Below, in pieces: positions 60,301 to 64,000 of a stretch of 64,000 bases of DNA (its first letter is position 1; each line of letters starts with the position of its first letter). The translations under genes were made by a program, and so were the position numbers. The notes beneath the pieces are model-generated. The model saw only the letters and a program-made list of their open reading frames with translations, was not told where the DNA came from and did not search any database. Origin of the DNA: Ascidiella aspersa (Eukaryota); the NCBI GenBank assembly GCA_963924565.1, contig OZ004610.1, positions 9,982,001 to 10,046,000 of the forward strand, in the 5' to 3' direction.

Positions 60301-61398
60301 GAGCCATTTAATAATTGCCTGATGGCTTCGGAGCTAATACTATTTTACGGTGGCTCCCCAGCCCTGGGCAACCTACGGCCCGCCAATGTAATTCATCCGA
60401 CCCGCCGCCTCATCGACAAACTAGACACGAGTCCATTTCAAATAGGCCTATTTTTTTACTTTTTGACTATACGTAAGTGCGAAAAATGTTCGCGCTTCGC
60501 GCGAATGTTCTTTCTGCATCCGGTTTGTTTACGTTTTGATGCTGGCCTTTCAAGTAGATCTGCGCTTAAAAAAGGTTAGCAAACGCTGAATAGTTCAACT
60601 CTTAAGGTTATTGCCTTTCCTGAAAGTAATTTTTTTATTAAGTCGTATGGATAACGAGGTTTCGACACGAATTTTAATTTGCGCCAACATTTTACTTCCT
60701 CCGTAAACGTAATTAAACACATCTTTAGGTGCAAAAAAGATCCGAGACCCGCCTGATTTACAGTTGTTCTAACATTTTAATAACACAATTCTTAGTTAAC
60801 ATTTTGTGCGGCCCGCGGAGGACTTTCTGAGTTTGGTTTTGGCTCACGACTAGAAATAGGTTGCCGACCCCTGAGCTAGCTTATGCACAGCGTATTTGCC
60901 AAACAATAGTAACACATTAAAATAAAAATATAGGAATCATCTCGGCGAATGTAGTGACAAAACATTAGTCGAACACAAAAAAAACTCGTCGGAGTCCAAA
61001 AACAAGCCTGGCAATGACTACCTAAGTTAGTTTAATTTAAAACGATTGATTTGTTAAATAATTAGAAAGTAGGTGTTCTCTTCTTACATTTTGAGTTAAA
61101 TGCTGCTTCACATTACGACCTCAAAATCCTATTTTACGAGGTAAATAAAAAACCTGCAGATACGAAAAAGTTAAAAGTGACCCACTGGTCCCACAGCTCG
61201 TCCCTACAATGAGTCTATGACCCTTAATTACATTTATTACATGTTTTTTTTATATTATGTTTGGGTTATTTTGCAGAATCCTAAATAATTACAATTTTTC
61301 ATGTATGTATTTTTACTACTTTTTGTAGCCTCGTTTGCAAAATTAGGCCCTTTCCTGGTAAATAGCCTTAGGCCCATAATACCCTTAATCCGGCCCTG
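57396..61398. mobile_element. 4.0-kb composite hAT-type element containing nested MITEs
   Basis: TIR CAGGGCCGGATTAA / TTAATCCGGCCCTG; perfect TSD GGTATGAC; no transposase ORF inside. Confidence 0.88.
59837..60366. mobile_element. GGAGCC/GGAGCT-repeat hAT-type MITE nested in the end of another MITE (59821-60873)
   Basis: TIR CAGGGCTGGGGAGCC / GGCTCCCCAGCCCTG; TSD GGCAGCCT / GGCAACCT; related degenerate copy ~36827-37220. Confidence 0.85.
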
Positions 61399-62936
61399 GG
61401 TATGACAGTGGAACTTTTAATTATCGGTGGGATCTGATCAATTCAGCGGTTAAATTCATGCTTTTCGTAGATTATTTCAGACATACCGCAACATTACAGA
61501 CTATAGTCCAGCGCATTATAATCGGTGCGCCATTGTTAAGTTGCCAGGTTTACCACGGGCAAAATAAGTAATATTTAAATAAATAAAACATAATTTTGAT
61601 TACTTTCTTTTCCGGTTAGCTCATTGATGCCACAGTAATATGCAGTCTATGTGCTGAAAGCTTGCAAGCAATTGAAGAGAAATACCGGTATCCCAAAATA
61701 ATTCGCGATCACTTCGCTCGCCAGGTGCGCCACCACTGTATAAAGTGTGCACCCTGAAGTAAAACAAGGTTAAGCAGCACTGGATTAGACAATAACAATA
61801 AGAACCTAAATACATTTCTCAATCATTTACGACATCTAGCGGTAACCGTAATTAACACTTTAATTTTTTACATCGAGCCTTTGCACTTACAAGCTGGATT
61901 ACACTTACAAGCACAATTACTTTTCAAGCACTTATTCTCTCTAAAATTAAAAGCGTTTTTAAAAAAATGAAAACTTTTATTTATACATGATTGCCGCGAT
62001 TGATTTATATTGTGAATAAACAATGGCATAGGATTTTTGGGGGGCTTGTGTGCCATTTTTATAAGGTCGCGTGCCACATTTGGGTATCCCGTGTTGGACA
62101 CCCCTGCTCTAAACTGTATGCAATTTTCGACTATAGAAAATAAACAAAGCAGTATTGTACTTTCGGCCCAACCTTTGTGGTAGCCTAGATATAAAAAACA
62201 GCTATTTGAATAGTGCAGTGTTGACATCCATTAAAATGAATAAGGGCATGCTTTGACGCACACCCCGCTTTTCAACAATTAAACAATATAAATAGCAGAA
62301 AATGTATAGGTGTCATTGGCAGATATTTTAAAGAATTGCAAAGATTGTTTAAAAACGAAAATCAATTTCATGTTTGGTTTTTGCCTTTTTCGTGTCTGTT
62401 GTGCTTGTTCCTGACCGCATACCCTTCTCTAAACCGATTTTTCTTATTTATGGCTTTTCTTTTTTTATTCTTTTTATTTTTTTTTATTTAAGATAAATTT
62501 AGGCGAGCTAGGCTTAAAAAAGATGTCGTCTACTATGGCCAACATACACAACGAAAGAGCCAAGGCAAGTCTTTCTCAAACTTTTTCTGTATAAAAATCT
62601 ATCAAACAGCAAGCTCTCCACCTATAAACCAGTAATTCTTCAACTTTTTTCTCGCAGCACAGTAAAAGAAAACAAATTTATGGCAGAATTAAAAAAATTA
62701 ACAATAACATAAGTTTTGACATATATCCTAACTATTTCAGTTTTCCAATAGGGAGTGTGCATTTAAAATTCGCATGCTATTCTGCATGCATATTTGTATT
62801 GTAAATAAGGTATTTAAAATATTACAAAGTTTCGCGACACACTTGAAAATATCTCGAGGGACACTATGGTCTGCCGCGACACACAGTTTCAGAACCACTT
62901 TTATAACTATAGTCAGTGCGTGATTATGCGTTATTC

Positions 62937-63301
62937 CAGTGGTCTCCAACCTGGTCGCCTAAAACTTTTGTGGGCCGCCATCACTGACAAATTCCTGCAG
63001 TTTTAGTGATTTCATTTCAGTCGTGGTTTAAACTAGCGCAATGGTTATATTAAACTGTTTAAACAAATTAAAAAAATGTGTTTCATTGTCGACTTTATAT
63101 CCAAGTGTTAATAAAAACTTCTCATTTTGATACACATGTCTAGCAACAGTTGTCTATAGAGTTTGTGTATGATTTAAGCATATTCAATCGCTTGTATTAT
63201 TTAGTTCAAGCATTACATCTGAAATCCGACCGGCCGCATGTAAATGTTGATTTCAGTTTATTTGAATTGGGGTCGGCTAATAAAAAGGTTGTAGACCACT
63301 G
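62937..63301. mobile_element. hAT-type MITE
   Basis: CAGTGGTCTCCAACCT / AGGTTGTAGACCACTG; degenerate TSD CGTTATTC / CGTTAAAC. Confidence 0.7.
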
Positions 63302-64000
63302 CGTTAAACTCTAAATCGAAGCCTAGTGGTCACTGTAATTGAATTTCACTCTTTAGCAAGTGTCTGGATGAAATTGTCGTACTACGGCTAGCGAGTAGCT
63401 TATTTGGAAAGATGCGCTTGCGACAGTTATTTATACAAACGCTAGGAGCTTGCGCATTTGGAATTAGAAAAACAAAACTGAAATTTAGTAAGAATATGAC
63501 AGCGTGAGTTGCATAACGAATAGTGTTTGCCAGCATAGCCTATATTCGTTTTCGATGTATTCGACAGGGTACATATCCTTTGTCCTCCCACAAAATGGTG
63601 TCAAATTACCGATTAGGTTTGCAAATCCTTGAAAAGAAATATAATTTATGGGATTTTTTTAAGTGTTTTGTTTGTTTGTATTATTGATTAATATTTGCTT
63701 CGTGCACCAATTTTAATTACAAAATGTTATTGTTTGGCAAACAACTGCTAAATCCGTATTCTATGTTGAAATTTTTAACATGCATTCTGTTCATCACCGA
63801 TAAACGATTAAAGAGATTGCATCAGCAGCATATATGTTAGATGAAACGGTATCCCGATCAGTTCTATTACCCATAAACAACAATGCACATTTACCACCTA
63901 TTTAGGCCATTTTTTATGATGGCATACCGGTAAACTCAGGCTGGTGTGTTTGTAGAACACATTGTCAATGCGGCCGTTCATACAGGATAACCTCTATACC

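Noticed and set aside
59909-60579. GAGAGA / PEPEP / WSWSRS repeat ORFs
   Set aside because: Translations of GGAGCC/GGAGCT subterminal repeats of a MITE with TIRs and TSD

Overview
AT-rich animal genomic DNA with many short spliceosomal introns; a compact invertebrate genome, plausibly a tunicate (inference only). By manual splicing I reconstruct five host genes. (1) The 5' part of VPS13B on the minus strand, a stop-free reading frame of at least 3984 nt that runs off the window. (2) A complete 14-exon TM9SF4, divergent from VPS13B, with one GC-AG intron. (3) A 25-coding-exon, ~1095-aa secreted protein with cbEGF repeats, two EGF modules split by large insertions, a TIL domain, a KRKRR furin site and a C-terminal ~101-aa neurotrophin/Spaetzle-like cystine-knot domain. 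(4, 5) Two tandem LCCL-EGF-EGF paralogues, one transmembrane and one secreted with an F5/8C domain. Introns and spacers hold an intact 4.06-kb CsRn1-type Gypsy LTR retrotransposon with identical LTRs, a 2.15-kb foldback palindrome and many hAT-type MITEs with 8-bp TSDs, some nested three deep. The best candidate for a novel system is gene 3, an EGF-rich matrix-type precursor apparently carrying a furin-releasable neurotrophin/Spaetzle-like factor. No rRNA, tRNA or CRISPR array was recognised.
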